Shown: positions 1-10,472, counted from the stretch's first letter. The stretch is DNA of 64,000 bases from a bacterium (GCA_963674695.2 CAXXGI010000002.1:672001-736000); one strand, 5' to 3'. Made by a program: numbers and translations. Notes: a model not told the origin generated them from the sequence alone.

Positions 1-3000
1 CCGCCGATCGATGAACCGCTCGACGAAAATGATGCGCGCCTCTTTGTTGCCATCTGTATCGCGCGCGGTCAGGAGGAACTGGTCATCTTCGAGCCGTCGC
101 GCGAGAAGGCCTATGCGGCGATCGTGCCGACCTTTCGCGAATTGGATCGCATCGCCCGTGCTCACGGCCATCGCCTCGATCCGGTCGAGTTCATCATGGC
201 CTTCTGCCCTGCGCTCCGTCGTCTCGCGAATGAGGCCGATGGAAACGAGCTGACGCTTCTGGCTCCCCCCTACATGGAGGGGGTGAGCTTCGGCGTGTGG
301 GGCTATCCCACCTTCGCGGCAATCTTCTCGGGGCTCGCAAAATCCGGGCGCATTCAGTCCGAGGTGAACTATGGCACGCGCCGCAACCATGTGGTGGGCA
401 AGAGCTTCCATCCGACCTACCCGATTCTGCAACAATACAGTCGTTCGATCGCCGATGCCGTCGGCGGTGATCTCGACAAGAAACGCGCCTACTATCATTT
501 CGCGGCGTCGTTTCTGCGCTGGGATTTCGTCTTCGATGCGCTGGTTCCCGATCTCGTCGACGAGGCGGGCGGGCGTATCAGTCTCGCCGATACGCGGATC
601 CCCAGTCGCTGGCGTGTTCGGATGGAGGTCGATTCCGATTCGATCACCGGATCGGTCGAGCCGCGCATCAGCGGTGCGCGCAGTCGCCTGTTGTTCGCCG
701 TGAAGTCGGGCACCTACACACGCATGTTGGCGCTGCTCTCGGGTCATCTCCAAAATCTCGATGCGTTTCCCGTGTCGATCGAATTGACCGATCTGCAGGG
801 GCGTGCGGTGGATCTTCATCAGCTGCGTGCGCGTGTGGAAGGGATGATGCAAGGTGACGCCTGGTATCGCGACGATCTGAGCGGCGAGAAGTTTTTCTCC
901 ACCAGTTCCCGCCGCCCGGCGGATCTGTCGCAGATGCAGGCATTCTATAAGGGGGTGCGTGCATTTGCAGAGGAGGTGCTCTTCTTTACCCACGCGCGCG
1001 GGAGCTGGCCTCTGCGCGACGGGGGGGTCGCGTTTGAAATCGCGCCGCGCCTGGCTGGACGAAATCTGGAGACAGCGATCGCTGGACGCGTTTCGCTTGT
1101 AATCGACGATATCTTTGAAGAGGCTCGGCGCGAATCATGGGATGATCTGCGGTTCAATGCGGCGATCGCCGCGCGCGCGACGCTTCAGCGCCTGCGCCTT
1201 GAGGGAACGATCGATGCGGATGCCGCGATCGATTCCGATGAGGTGCGCGAGGCGGCGCGCGCCCGATGGGCGATGAGCGAGGCATATCTGGATCAAGCGC
1301 TCATCGATCTGGCCATGCTGGCCGAGCATCTGCCGCAGGTTCGTGTGACCGATACGGCCGGACGGGTCTTCTCGCGCGCGCATCGTGAGCGCAGCGCTGG
1401 GTTTGCCGAGCCGGCCCTTCCCCTGCGTCGATCGCTTCCGCCCTGGCGCGAGCGCTTCGCGGACACTGCCGCTGTTTATGAGCTGCAGGTCGATGAGCAG
1501 GAGGCGGCTGTCGAGGCGATGGCTGAATACATCGAGACCTTTCGCGGCCTCTATGCGCGCTATTGGGGCGAGGGTTTGCGTGAGATGGTTTGGCGAAGGC
1601 TGCCCGAGACCGATGGGGATCGCATCGACCGCGTGCTCGAAGCGATCGTCGATTTCTTCGCCGCCATTGGTATCGCCTCCGATGCGTCGCGTTCGCGCCC
1701 CTCGAAGCGATCTGACAACGACCGTCTGACGTCAGAGGCGCTGGCGCAGGAGGTCTGTGCCCTCTATGTCGATCGCTTTCCCCAGGAGCGCGATGTCGAT
1801 TCCGGCGTGCCGCTCTTCGAGGGACTTCTCGGGACGATTGTTTCGGCGGTCTTCGCCCAGCATCGCGGTCGGATGCAGCATATGTCGCGTCCCCCTCGGT
1901 CGCTGCGCGTCTTCGAAATGGCGCGCGCGATGGTGCGCGATCACAATCGCCTCTGCGCCAGCACGCCGCCCTTTATCATGCGACATCCGCCGTCGATTGC
2001 GTCAGGTGGGTTGGCCGATCGTCGCCTGACGGCCTTCGTGCGGGAATGGGAGCGGGGGCATCCCGAGGTGCCGGTGAGCGAGCCTGATCTGCTTCGCCGC
2101 GTGGTCGATGCGCGCGCGGGAGGAACGGCTGAAGCGGAAACGATCGTCTCCTCTTTTCTGCGGCGCGAGCGCGAGGATCTGCAACGATGGGAGGGGATGA
2201 TCACCGATTCCCGCGATGGCGTCGCTGCCTTTGTGAAACGTACCTATCGCGCGCCGCTGGTGGAGGGGCGAAGGCTCGAGACGATCGCGCGAATCTATGT
2301 GCGATCCCGCATGCTCTCGGGCGATGCCACGGATCTGATGGAGATCACCCGTGAAGTGGTTGCGCCGGATTTTGCACCGTTTACCGAGATGATCGAGCAG
2401 ATGGCGATCGTGCATGCCAACTTGATTGATCTCTGGTTGCAGGCCGTCAAAGGCAATCTCGAAGAGAGCTTGAGTGATGCGCACGAGGCGCTCAGCCTCA
2501 AGGAGGAGGAGCTCAGGGAGATTGCGCTCAGAAAAGAAGAGGTCGTTGCCCTGCCGGATGATGGAAGGGCGCTGCTGGAGGAAGCGGCGGTGCTCGCCGA
2601 CACCTCGAGCGAAGCCCTGCTGGAAGTGCAGCGCCGCGTTTTTCTGGTTGGCGCGATTCTGGGTGAGAGTCCGATGCGTGCCGATCTGCGCACGCGAGCG
2701 GGGCGCATTTTCGAGGAGCATATCGGTTCGGCACGAAAGAGTCAGGGAAAACAGGTCGAGCGCGAACAGGAGACATTCGACGATATCTCTCGTCGGGTTC
2801 GGGAGATGGTGGTGCAAGCGCACCTTCTCAATTGGCGGTCTGCGCGCATGGTCGCCGATGCAGATATGAAGCTGCAGGGGGATGACGCGACCCTCGTTCG
2901 GGTGCAGCGTTTGGTCCGTGATTTTAGCGACCAGGCGCTGCAATCGAGTACGGTGACCGATCAGGTGAACGCGACCGTCGCGCGTCTCGTCAGCGCTGGA

Positions 3001-6000
3001 GTTGCTGTCGATTCCAAACTCATCAATAGCATTCGTGCTGATCTGGATATGGTTCTCGACATGGTCGACGAGATGGCCGCGGTGGTTGAGGTGGCGCGCA
3101 GCGATCACAAAAAGCGCAAGAATACATTCCTGCGCGAGCGTACGCGTCTCGCAGGGGAGAATGCGGCACGCTTTCTCATCGCTCAGGCCGGTGCCTGGAA
3201 CGATGCCCTCAATGCACTCCAACGGCGTGCGGGCGAGCATCTTGCCAAGCGCATCGACGCGCATGCAACGGCGAGCGAGCAGACTGTTGCACGGTTTTCG
3301 GATTCACCAACGATGGATGTCTCCTCGGAGATGCAGGCGTTCGAAACAGAGGCGACCGCGATCCGACAGGAGATCGCTGCGATCGAAGCGGCAAAGCAGG
3401 AACTTCATCGGGAAGGGCACATTCACGCTCTTCTGGACGATGAAGGAGCGGTGGTGCTTCTGCCTCGCCCTGAGATCGAACGACGCGTGCGAGCGTTGAT
3501 GGGGGATCATGCGCTTTCCGCTGAGCAGCGTCAGGAGATTGAAGCGGCGATCTCCCTCCTGCGCCAGAGCACCGCTGTCATTGAGGCGTTGGACGGTCGG
3601 CTCAAAGAGGAGGGTGATCGCCTCAATCGTGTGGAGCGCGGCCGACGTGAAGGGCTCGAACAGGTCGAGGCGGTGCTGCCGTTTGGAGCGGCCAAGGGCC
3701 TGCCTCCTCCGGGAGCCCTCGAGAAGAAAACGGCTGATTCCCTCTTTCGGGTGAGAGTGAGCAATAATCGTCGCTACGATCTGCAGGCGCAGAACATCCT
3801 GAATCGGCTGGTCTCGGCGCGGGTGCTCGCTGTTGGTGGTTCCAGCCGGCTTCTCGATATGAAGGATGCCGGGATGGTGCGGACGTGGAAGAAGGAGGGG
3901 CGGAAGAAACGCTGTAAGCTCCAGGATGTTTTTGGAAATGCGTTTCACCTCTCGCCAGGGGAGTTCGGTGTTCGCCTCGGAACCTATGATGATCTTCCCG
4001 ATGGTCATGGTTTTCGCCGATTGCGTTCTGCGCTCACCATCCTCACCGACGAGAGTACGAACGGCGCAGAGCTGCTGCTGCGGCTCGAGCGAAAGGCGTC
4101 GAAATGCAAGGGGCGTGCGCGTGATCTACGAAACGGTCTCTTCGCGTTGTTGGCACAGGAGAGTGATCGGAACCCGAGCGAACGATTGGCGCGATGGGCG
4201 GATGCCAATCGCGCGGCGCTTGTGAGCCTCATCGGCATGGCGGCCAAGGGATGGTTCCCCATGCAGAAAGTGAAGCCATCGAAACCGACGGACATCCTCG
4301 TTCAAAAACGAAACGAGATCGCCGGCATGCTGCGTTACCCTGGATTCTGTATGATTCAGAACAAAGGAGGAGGGAAGCTCTTCACCGATCATGCGCGCGC
4401 GCAGAAGGCGCTGGACGACTATGCGGGGGGATCGTTTGAGATCCCCATCCTCGATGAACGCGAAAAGAGCGGCTGGCGCAGGGCTGATCTCGGCGTTGCC
4501 TTCCAGGAGGAGCTGCGTTCCAGCAAGATTTGGGTCGATCCGCCGCTGGTGCGGGACATCGAGCGATTGGCGACGCTGCGGATGCGCTGGATGCTCGTTT
4601 CCGATCCGCGCTATGCGGAATTGGGGCGCATCAGCTTCGGGCAGGGGGACAACCATATCCGGTCGTTTTTGGAGAATCTCCTCCTGCCGCTGGGTTTTGT
4701 TCTTCCCGATCGACCGCTGGTGAATCGATTGTTGCAGGATCCAATTCAACTGACGCGGCTTGCTTGTAGCCTCGTTGAGAATGATTCGATTCTCCTGTCG
4801 ATCGAGCGCTCGCGCCTTTCGCCGGAGCGCATCCTCCAGTCGTTGGATCAGTCGAGCGATGCGGAGATGCCGCGGGTGCGACCGGAGAAGCGTTCGCAGC
4901 TGATCGATGCGCTGCACGAGGACGAGAACTATCGACGAAATATCTCCGCCCTCGTCTTTCTGAGTCGGTTGGTCTCTCCCTCGGTCGTCACAGCGTATGA
5001 GCCGCAGATTCAAAAAAATGCGAACGACGTCGGTCGGTCCGCCCGTGAGGCGGTCAAGAGGTGGGTGCTCGCGGTCAATCAGGGCGTCAATGCGCAGCAG
5101 GTCTTGAGCGGTCTGATGAAGAATGTGCAGATGGAGGCGGCATATCAGACCTGGCGCCATATTCTCATCGATACCGGTGTGATCGCCGATCTTTTGCCCG
5201 AATACGCTCGGCCGGAGATGAGCGTTGAGTACGCTGAGTTTGATCCGCTTCTTGCGGAGAAATTTCCAGAGCTCAAGCAGGTCAGCATGGCGGCGATCAT
5301 CGAGAAGGCCTCGCTCTTTGAAGGGCGGGATGGGGCCAAGCCCTGGACTCCGGTGATCGGCCGCCTCTTCGATCGCTATCCGCATCTGCGCGACCTGCTC
5401 ACGGTCATCGCGCACCTCGATCACAAGGGCATGTCGGGTGCGTTCCGCAAGGACTGGGCGGCGATCGATAGATTGGTGCGCATGGAGCAGAGTGTTTCAG
5501 ATGTGGATCAGGGTGGGGATGTTGTCAAGCACACGACACAACAAATCGAAGAGCGATTGCGCACCTGCGATGGGCTTCTCCCCCTCTATGCGGTTCATCG
5601 CGATGAGATTCTAGAGGAACTCTTTCGAAAGCGCGCGTCAGGATTCACGGGTTGGCGCGAGTTGACCGGATTCGACCGACCCTGGCTCGAAGGCGAGAAA
5701 CTCTGGCAGAACTTTACGCCGATGGAGCGCCTGGCCTTTCGTGCACCGGAGTATGTCGTCAACACGCCGGAACAGGCCCGCCAATTCATCGATGTCTTCG
5801 GCGAGATGGAAGTTCAGCAGTTTGCGGGGATGACGGACGGGGAGTGGGTTGCATCCTTCGTCTCCGATGTACTCATTATCGGTGACATTTATCCGGAGTT
5901 GAACCCGGCCATGGCGCTGCTTTTTTCAGCCTGCACCGACTCCCTGAAGGCAGCTGAGTGTATCGCCGTGATGAAGCGATTCTTTTCCGGGAGGATCGAT

Positions 6001-6492
6001 CCCAAGGCGCCGGATTTTCTCGATCGCTTCGTTGAATTCGTGACCGAACCGGAGCTGCTCGGACTGGTGCGGGAGGCGCTTTCGGGACCGTCGCTCGATG
6101 AGGACAGCGACCGCACGCTCGCCATGGAGGTGACGCACTCCGACGCTCCTTGGCTGCCTTCCGTCGAGGGGGAAACATTCAAGGCGCCGTACAAGGCGAA
6201 AAAGGGTTCGGGCGGAAACGAAAACGGCGGTGGTGCCGCTCCGAGTGCTGCGGGCGGGGGAACGCCTCCCGCGCCGACGACGCCAGGCGGCACGTCGTTC
6301 AGCTCTGCCGCTGCGTTTGCCGCACATGAAGCGCAGGCGCTCGTCGTCGAGTCGGGCATGGAGATGATCGAGACGGGCGGCCTCGAAGGGCTCATCGATC
6401 CCTTCGATCCCACGATGATGGGGGCGGAGACCTTCGTCGAGTCGATGCCGACGATGATGATGCCGATCGTTTCGATGGCGGGGGTGTTGTAG
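1..6492 (+). CDS. Very large hypothetical protein (>2160 aa, 5'-truncated by the window edge)
   Basis: The frame of ORF 124..6492 is open back to base 1. Helical/coiled-coil-like middle; Gly/Pro/Thr linker and Met-rich C-terminal tail; no recognisable family. Confidence 0.8.
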   Translation, partial: PPIDEPLDENDARLFVAICIARGQEELVIFEPSREKAYAAIVPTFRELDRIARAHGHRLDPVEFIMAFCPALRRLANEADGNELTLLAPPYMEGVSFGVWGYPTFAAIFSGLAKSGRIQSEVNYGTRRNHVVGKSFHPTYPILQQYSRSIADAVGGDLDKKRAYYHFAASFLRWDFVFDALVPDLVDEAGGRISLADTRIPSRWRVRMEVDSDSITGSVEPRISGARSRLLFAVKSGTYTRMLALLSGHLQNLDAFPVSIELTDLQGRAVDLHQLRARVEGMMQGDAWYRDDLSGEKFFSTSSRRPADLSQMQAFYKGVRAFAEEVLFFTHARGSWPLRDGGVAFEIAPRLAGRNLETAIAGRVSLVIDDIFEEARRESWDDLRFNAAIAARATLQRLRLEGTIDADAAIDSDEVREAARARWAMSEAYLDQALIDLAMLAEHLPQVRVTDTAGRVFSRAHRERSAGFAEPALPLRRSLPPWRERFADTAAVYELQVDEQEAAVEAMAEYIETFRGLYARYWGEGLREMVWRRLPETDGDRIDRVLEAIVDFFAAIGIASDASRSRPSKRSDNDRLTSEALAQEVCALYVDRFPQERDVDSGVPLFEGLLGTIVSAVFAQHRGRMQHMSRPPRSLRVFEMARAMVRDHNRLCASTPPFIMRHPPSIASGGLADRRLTAFVREWERGHPEVPVSEPDLLRRVVDARAGGTAEAETIVSSFLRREREDLQRWEGMITDSRDGVAAFVKRTYRAPLVEGRRLETIARIYVRSRMLSGDATDLMEITREVVAPDFAPFTEMIEQMAIVHANLIDLWLQAVKGNLEESLSDAHEALSLKEEELREIALRKEEVVALPDDGRALLEEAAVLADTSSEALLEVQRRVFLVGAILGESPMRADLRTRAGRIFEEHIGSARKSQGKQVEREQETFDDISRRVREMVVQAHLLNWRSARMVADADMKLQGDDATLVRVQRLVRDFSDQALQSSTVTDQVNATVARLVSAGVAVDSKLINSIRADLDMVLDMVDEMAAVVEVARSDHKKRKNTFLRERTRLAGENAARFLIAQAGAWNDALNALQRRAGEHLAKRIDAHATASEQTVARFSDSPTMDVSSEMQAFETEATAIRQEIAAIEAAKQELHREGHIHALLDDEGAVVLLPRPEIERRVRALMGDHALSAEQRQEIEAAISLLRQSTAVIEALDGRLKEEGDRLNRVERGRREGLEQVEAVLPFGAAKGLPPPGALEKKTADSLFRVRVSNNRRYDLQAQNILNRLVSARVLAVGGSSRLLDMKDAGMVRTWKKEGRKKRCKLQDVFGNAFHLSPGEFGVRLGTYDDLPDGHGFRRLRSALTILTDESTNGAELLLRLERKASKCKGRARDLRNGLFALLAQESDRNPSERLARWADANRAALVSLIGMAAKGWFPMQKVKPSKPTDILVQKRNEIAGMLRYPGFCMIQNKGGGKLFTDHARAQKALDDYAGGSFEIPILDEREKSGWRRADLGVAFQEELRSSKIWVDPPLVRDIERLATLRMRWMLVSDPRYAELGRISFGQGDNHIRSFLENLLLPLGFVLPDRPLVNRLLQDPIQLTRLACSLVENDSILLSIERSRLSPERILQSLDQSSDAEMPRVRPEKRSQLIDALHEDENYRRNISALVFLSRLVSPSVVTAYEPQIQKNANDVGRSAREAVKRWVLAVNQGVNAQQVLSGLMKNVQMEAAYQTWRHILIDTGVIADLLPEYARPEMSVEYAEFDPLLAEKFPELKQVSMAAIIEKASLFEGRDGAKPWTPVIGRLFDRYPHLRDLLTVIAHLDHKGMSGAFRKDWAAIDRLVRMEQSVSDVDQGGDVVKHTTQQIEERLRTCDGLLPLYAVHRDEILEELFRKRASGFTGWRELTGFDRPWLEGEKLWQNFTPMERLAFRAPEYVVNTPEQARQFIDVFGEMEVQQFAGMTDGEWVASFVSDVLIIGDIYPELNPAMALLFSACTDSLKAAECIAVMKRFFSGRIDPKAPDFLDRFVEFVTEPELLGLVREALSGPSLDEDSDRTLAMEVTHSDAPWLPSVEGETFKAPYKAKKGSGGNENGGGAAPSAAGGGTPPAPTTPGGTSFSSAAAFAAHEAQALVVESGMEMIETGGLEGLIDPFDPTMMGAETFVESMPTMMMPIVSMAGVL

Positions 6493-6495
6493 CGG

Positions 6496-7176
6496 TCAGA
6501 ATGTTTTGAAGAGAAACGCATCGATGGCGTCGTCCAGATGGAGTGCAAAGTCTCGAAGTGTCTCGCCGATGGTCTCCCGATAGAGAAAGCAGCGGCTCGC
6601 CTCCGGCGAGAGCGTGCAGCCCTGCTCGAAGATCGTCTCCATGGTCGTGAAGGAGAAGTGGATATTGTCCGCACCTGGCGTGCCGTCGCGCAGGCGATCG
6701 CGGTTGTCGAGAAAGAGTTCGACGCCGGTGACGGCCGGGAAGACCTCTTCGAGCAGCTCCATCGGATCCTGCAGACAGATTCCGCTCGCCATCGCAATCT
6801 GAACGCTGTCGGCCATATAGCCGCAGCCGTCGTCTTCGATCTCCTCCATCGCCATCACGAACGCCTCGCCGCGAAAGAACCCCTGGATGAGGACGCGATG
6901 CGAGCCGCTGCAATGTTCGCTGGGCATCATGCAGGCGGTGGTTCCGGTGACGATGGTGCCGCGCGAGTCGGTCGCTTCGGGGACGAATCGATCCGCCGCG
7001 CCTTCCATCAACGGATGCACCTGCGGGATCGCATACTCCGGGGTGAGGCTCTTCACAAACGAGATGACGTGCACCAGATCCGTCTGGTGCTCATTATATT
7101 GGACGTACCCCTCATAGGGGGCGCCGTGGGCTTGAAAGGTGGGCGGCAGGATACCGAAGTTGTGGACATTGGCCAT
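6496..7176 (-). CDS. Hypothetical protein (226 aa)
   Basis: ORF with GGAGG RBS and an upstream sigma28-like motif; convergent with the giant gene. Confidence 0.7.
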   Translation of the reverse strand: MANVHNFGILPPTFQAHGAPYEGYVQYNEHQTDLVHVISFVKSLTPEYAIPQVHPLMEGAADRFVPEATDSRGTIVTGTTACMMPSEHCSGSHRVLIQGFFRGEAFVMAMEEIEDDGCGYMADSVQIAMASGICLQDPMELLEEVFPAVTGVELFLDNRDRLRDGTPGADNIHFSFTTMETIFEQGCTLSPEASRCFLYRETIGETLRDFALHLDDAIDAFLFKTF

Positions 7177-7193
7177 GAAGTGCCTCCATCCTC

Positions 7194-7221
7194 ATTATCG
7201 GCCGAATGGAGGAAAAGTTGT
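7194..7221 (-). promoter_or_regulatory. Putative sigma28-like promoter ACAACTT-N12-GCCGATAAT
   Basis: GCCGATAA is the FliA -10 consensus; the same bipartite motif occurs 5 times in the window. Confidence 0.55.
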
Positions 7222-7250
7222 GTCGAGATTGATGACGAACCCGTTTCTTT

Positions 7251-7274
7251 GTCATCCCCGTGAAAACGGGGATC
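7251..7274. repeat. REP-like palindrome GTCATCCCCGTGAAAACGGGGATC
   Basis: Identical copy at 19528-19551; related copies at 10983-11052 and 50915-51010. Confidence 0.7.
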
Positions 7275-7370
7275 ACGGTGTTCAGTGATTATCGGTATCA
7301 CCTGCGGGCGGAGTGAAAAAACACAATAAAATCATAGAGTTTTCTTGTTACCACAATATGGACCTGACAC

Positions 7371-7400
7371 GCAACTTTAGGGGCCGGGCCTGCCGATAAT
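7371..7400 (+). promoter_or_regulatory. Putative sigma28-like promoter GCAACTT-N14-GCCGATAAT
   Basis: Both boxes and the spacing are identical to 44449-44478; lies about 40 nt upstream of ATG 7439. Confidence 0.6.
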
Positions 7401-7438
7401 AGAGATGAGGACGATATCCCCTCAGCAGGAGGATTGCT

Positions 7439-8014
7439 ATGACCGCGACCGCAGAGATCAAACCGGCCCCCGTGATGAACGATTTCGGATTGGGAGATCC
7501 GACGACCCTCAGTATCACTCCGACCTCTAAGGATGAGGATGGGAAGAAGAAATCGGTGCCAGTATCACTGGCGATGATGCAGGGCTTCGCTTTGAATGCC
7601 AATAGGAATGCAACAGCGCGCTATTCGATCGGAAATACGGGGTTGGCCGCGCCTACACTTGGAAGTGGCCCGAAAAATCAGACCGCGGCCGCGGCCAAAT
7701 CTGGCTCGAAGACGAGTGCGAAGGCCAGCAGTGGGAAGGAGACCAAGGTCGATTCACTGCGTTCCCAGCTCAAGAGCCTGGGCGTCGATGTCGAGGACTA
7801 CGACTTCAAGGAACTCTCCGAGGCCGAAGCCAGTCGCCTCCTCAAGGAGTTCAAGGGAGTCGAGGGCAAGGACGCCAAGAAGCAGATTGCGGCGAGGATC
7901 GAAGGGGACCTGCCCGAGAAGAAGGCGAAGAAGAAGGAAGGGGAGACGAAGACTGCTGAGGCGAAGGCCTCGAAAGAGCCCGACCCAGAAAAAGAGAAGA
8001 CCGACGAAACATAA
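7439..8014 (+). CDS. Hypothetical Lys/Glu-rich protein (191 aa)
   Basis: AGGAGG RBS, clean ORF, terminator downstream. Confidence 0.8.
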   Translation: MTATAEIKPAPVMNDFGLGDPTTLSITPTSKDEDGKKKSVPVSLAMMQGFALNANRNATARYSIGNTGLAAPTLGSGPKNQTAAAAKSGSKTSAKASSGKETKVDSLRSQLKSLGVDVEDYDFKELSEAEASRLLKEFKGVEGKDAKKQIAARIEGDLPEKKAKKKEGETKTAEAKASKEPDPEKEKTDET

Positions 8015-8041
8015 ACAAGCACACCTCACATATCAATGAAG

Positions 8042-8067
8042 GCGCTGCTCTTTGCAGCGCTTTTTTT
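8042..8067 (+). terminator. Rho-independent terminator
   Basis: GCGCTGC-TCTTT-GCAGCGC followed by T7. Confidence 0.8.
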
Positions 8068-8087
8068 GTGAACAGCGTTCCAATGAT

Positions 8088-8186
8088 GTCATTCCGACTA
8101 AGCGAATGAAATAAGCGCATGGAGGAATCTGCTGTATATCGTGAGATCCCTCCACGCGTTCGCGTTGCTCGCTTGGTCGGGATGAC
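8088..8186. repeat. REP-like inverted repeat element (GTCATTCCGAC...GTCGGGATGAC)
   Basis: Terminal inverted repeats plus internal complementarity, intergenic. Confidence 0.6.
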
Positions 8187-8228
8187 AACGGCAGGATTTC
8201 TCATCAGCTTAAGGTCCTGTCACCACAC

Positions 8229-8265
8229 AAAAAAAACGGGGACCGCCGAGAGGCAGTCCCCGTTT
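8229..8265 (-). terminator. Rho-independent terminator of 8287-8736
   Basis: AAACGGGGAC...GTCCCCGTTT stem with an A8 run (U-tract on the minus strand). Confidence 0.75.
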
Positions 8266-8286
8266 CCATCATGTTGTCTCGTCTTC

Positions 8287-8736
8287 TTACTTCGTTAGCC
8301 AGATTCTCAGGTTGTTCGGCGTGGCGTTGCTGGTCTTGTAGCTTCCGAAGTAATCCCAATAGGTCACGCCCTTGCTCGTGATCTCTGCCTTGAGGGCGTT
8401 GTAGCGATCGCGGGCCAGGTTATACTTTTTTTCCGGGGCATACGTTTCGAAATGGATGTCCACATCGTTGGCCAAGTTGCTCGTCTCGAGTGCGGTGCGC
8501 GCGGCCTGAAGGGCGGAGGTGATGTCGCCGATCTTACATCCCGTGATCGTCGTCGTATTCGGTTTGAATGTGCACTTGCTCGTCTTCTTCGCGATGTCCT
8601 TGTTCACGGCCGAGATCGCCGCGCTGCTGCCGACATCCTTGGTGGCCTTCTTGAGGTCTCCAACGCCGAACGCCATGGCGCTTACGGCAAATGCGATGAC
8701 GGCTACTCCCACGACTGCTGCACTGAGCTTTCTCAT
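8287..8736 (-). CDS. Secreted hypothetical protein (weak OmpA-C-like resemblance)
   Basis: Start MRKLSAAVVG after AGGAGGGG RBS; signal peptide ending AMA. Confidence 0.75.
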   Translation of the reverse strand: MRKLSAAVVGVAVIAFAVSAMAFGVGDLKKATKDVGSSAAISAVNKDIAKKTSKCTFKPNTTTITGCKIGDITSALQAARTALETSNLANDVDIHFETYAPEKKYNLARDRYNALKAEITSKGVTYWDYFGSYKTSNATPNNLRIWLTK

Positions 8737-8880
8737 GGTTCCCCTCCTTGAGTTGGGTATTGGTTGCCTGAACGATTGTCCCTTCCTAGCACGGTTTGAT
8801 GGAACGTTCAATCATCCCGTGTTCGGCGATCGCTGTGGCGTATAAGGTGATCGGAGTGGTGATGAGATTTCCCCGTTGCA

Positions 8881-10428
8881 TCAGCCTTTTCCGGTGATCT
8901 CTTTCCCCCGCAGGCTGTGCAGATTGCAGAGGACATCGCTGTCGATCGATTCTGCACCGGAGAGGATGTGGAAGCGGTCGATGCGGTTGCGGGCGGTGTT
9001 AAAGCCCAGTTCCACGATGCATTGGTTTTCATCCGGCAGCATGCCGTCGAGGGTTGCGCCGAAGGCGAGGAACCTTCCGGAGTCGCGCTGCATCAGCATG
9101 TAGCACTTTTTCCCCGTGCGCACGCTTCCAGAGCGATAGAAGATGCCGAATTCAGGTGAGGTGATAAGGCCGAGATTTTCCCGATGCGATCTCTGAATCT
9201 CAGTCCATAGTGCCGTTTCCGAGATGTACGGCCTTGTCGCGTCTTGTTTTCGCCGCATCTTTCCGGTGAGCCAGGGGGGGCGTTTTTTGGTTATGAAGTG
9301 GTGCGAGAAAATCGTCAGGTTCGCGGGGTTGGAACCGATCGCCTGTGCCGACATCCGTTCGAGGATGATCGCCTTCAGGCGTTCCATAAAGGTAGGCATG
9401 GCGGCGTGGTCTTGTTGTCTGTGATGGCGGACCGCGCCGACGGTTTGTCCAAAGAGCGTCATCAGATCGCGGCGGTTGATGTTGTTCCACAGGCCGCTGG
9501 ATCCGGAGATGATCAGGTCACCCTCCTGAAGCGGGATTTCGGGAGAGAGCTCCGGGTGCAGATCAGTGCCCTGCATGAGCGAACGCGTGAGCCGGGCGCG
9601 ATCGGGATGCATGCGCGCCTGAAGGGTCGAGCGAATGTCGCCGGCCATTTGCAGTTGGGCCACGCGGGTGTGGTCCGTCGTCTGGTGTGCGATCGCGATG
9701 CGACCATCTTCGTTCGTGCGCAAGATCATAGCGCGCATATGGCCGATGTGGGCGAAGCGTACCGTTCGTGCGGTGGGATCGATCTGGCTGATCAGGGCGA
9801 CAGCATCCGGCATTTTCCCGATATGCGGCAGCGAGCGCAAATCGGCGACGCTCTTGCGCCCCTCGGTAAAGATGCGGTTCAGATCGCTGTCATGTCGAAG
9901 GAAGTCGAAGGCGGTGGCGGTGAAGGCCTGTGCCGCCTTGTCGCCGGCAAGAAGCCCGCCGGTGCCATCGCTGATGATTAGGTTGAGCCGCGGCGCCGAT
10001 TGCTTCGGGTGGGATGTGACCAGCGCCAGTGCGGTCTCATTGACGCTCTGATGTCCCGTTCCGCGCAGGGTGAAGCCACAGCTCTCGCCGCAATCGACTT
10101 GGTGGAGCAGCATGCCTTCCTGACCGCCGACGATCATGCGCGCAAGCGGCGTGATGGCGACCGGTCGAGATTTTCCGCCCCACAGGGGCAGGCTGATGAA
10201 GCCGCGTTGGCCGGTGTGACGCTGTTTGATCGCGGCCGCATCCGGTTTCTTTGCAACAAATTGGCTTTCCTGCGCGACGGCTTTCGGATTGTGGTCATAG
10301 AATTCCGCCTGCTCATCCGGGGTAAAGGTCTGCCAGAGCGGTGCTCCAAAGTCATGGATATCGCCGGGCAGGGGCATCATCCCCGGCACGCCAACTCCCT
10401 TCGGCATGAAAAATGTTCCACTGGACAT
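8881..10428 (-). CDS. PP2C/PPM-fold protein, probably catalytically inactive
   Basis: SDGTGG..AGDKAA, AHIGHMRA, QTTDHT, R..LTRSL and LQEGDLII motifs of PPM phosphatases, but most metal-binding Asp residues are substituted. Confidence 0.8.
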   Translation of the reverse strand: MSSGTFFMPKGVGVPGMMPLPGDIHDFGAPLWQTFTPDEQAEFYDHNPKAVAQESQFVAKKPDAAAIKQRHTGQRGFISLPLWGGKSRPVAITPLARMIVGGQEGMLLHQVDCGESCGFTLRGTGHQSVNETALALVTSHPKQSAPRLNLIISDGTGGLLAGDKAAQAFTATAFDFLRHDSDLNRIFTEGRKSVADLRSLPHIGKMPDAVALISQIDPTARTVRFAHIGHMRAMILRTNEDGRIAIAHQTTDHTRVAQLQMAGDIRSTLQARMHPDRARLTRSLMQGTDLHPELSPEIPLQEGDLIISGSSGLWNNINRRDLMTLFGQTVGAVRHHRQQDHAAMPTFMERLKAIILERMSAQAIGSNPANLTIFSHHFITKKRPPWLTGKMRRKQDATRPYISETALWTEIQRSHRENLGLITSPEFGIFYRSGSVRTGKKCYMLMQRDSGRFLAFGATLDGMLPDENQCIVELGFNTARNRIDRFHILSGAESIDSDVLCNLHSLRGKEITGKG

Positions 10429-10446
10429 GGTTGATCTCCGAATGCG

Positions 10447-10472
10447 CTTCGGCGCTCTGCCATAAAAGTTGC
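10447..10472 (-). promoter_or_regulatory. Putative sigma28-like promoter GCAACTT-N12-GCCGAAG
   Basis: Same motif family, just upstream of the PP2C-like gene. Confidence 0.45.

Noticed and set aside
10190-10215. GQRGFI prepilin-like motif in the PP2C-like protein
   Set aside because: Internal position, no +5 Glu and no following hydrophobic helix.
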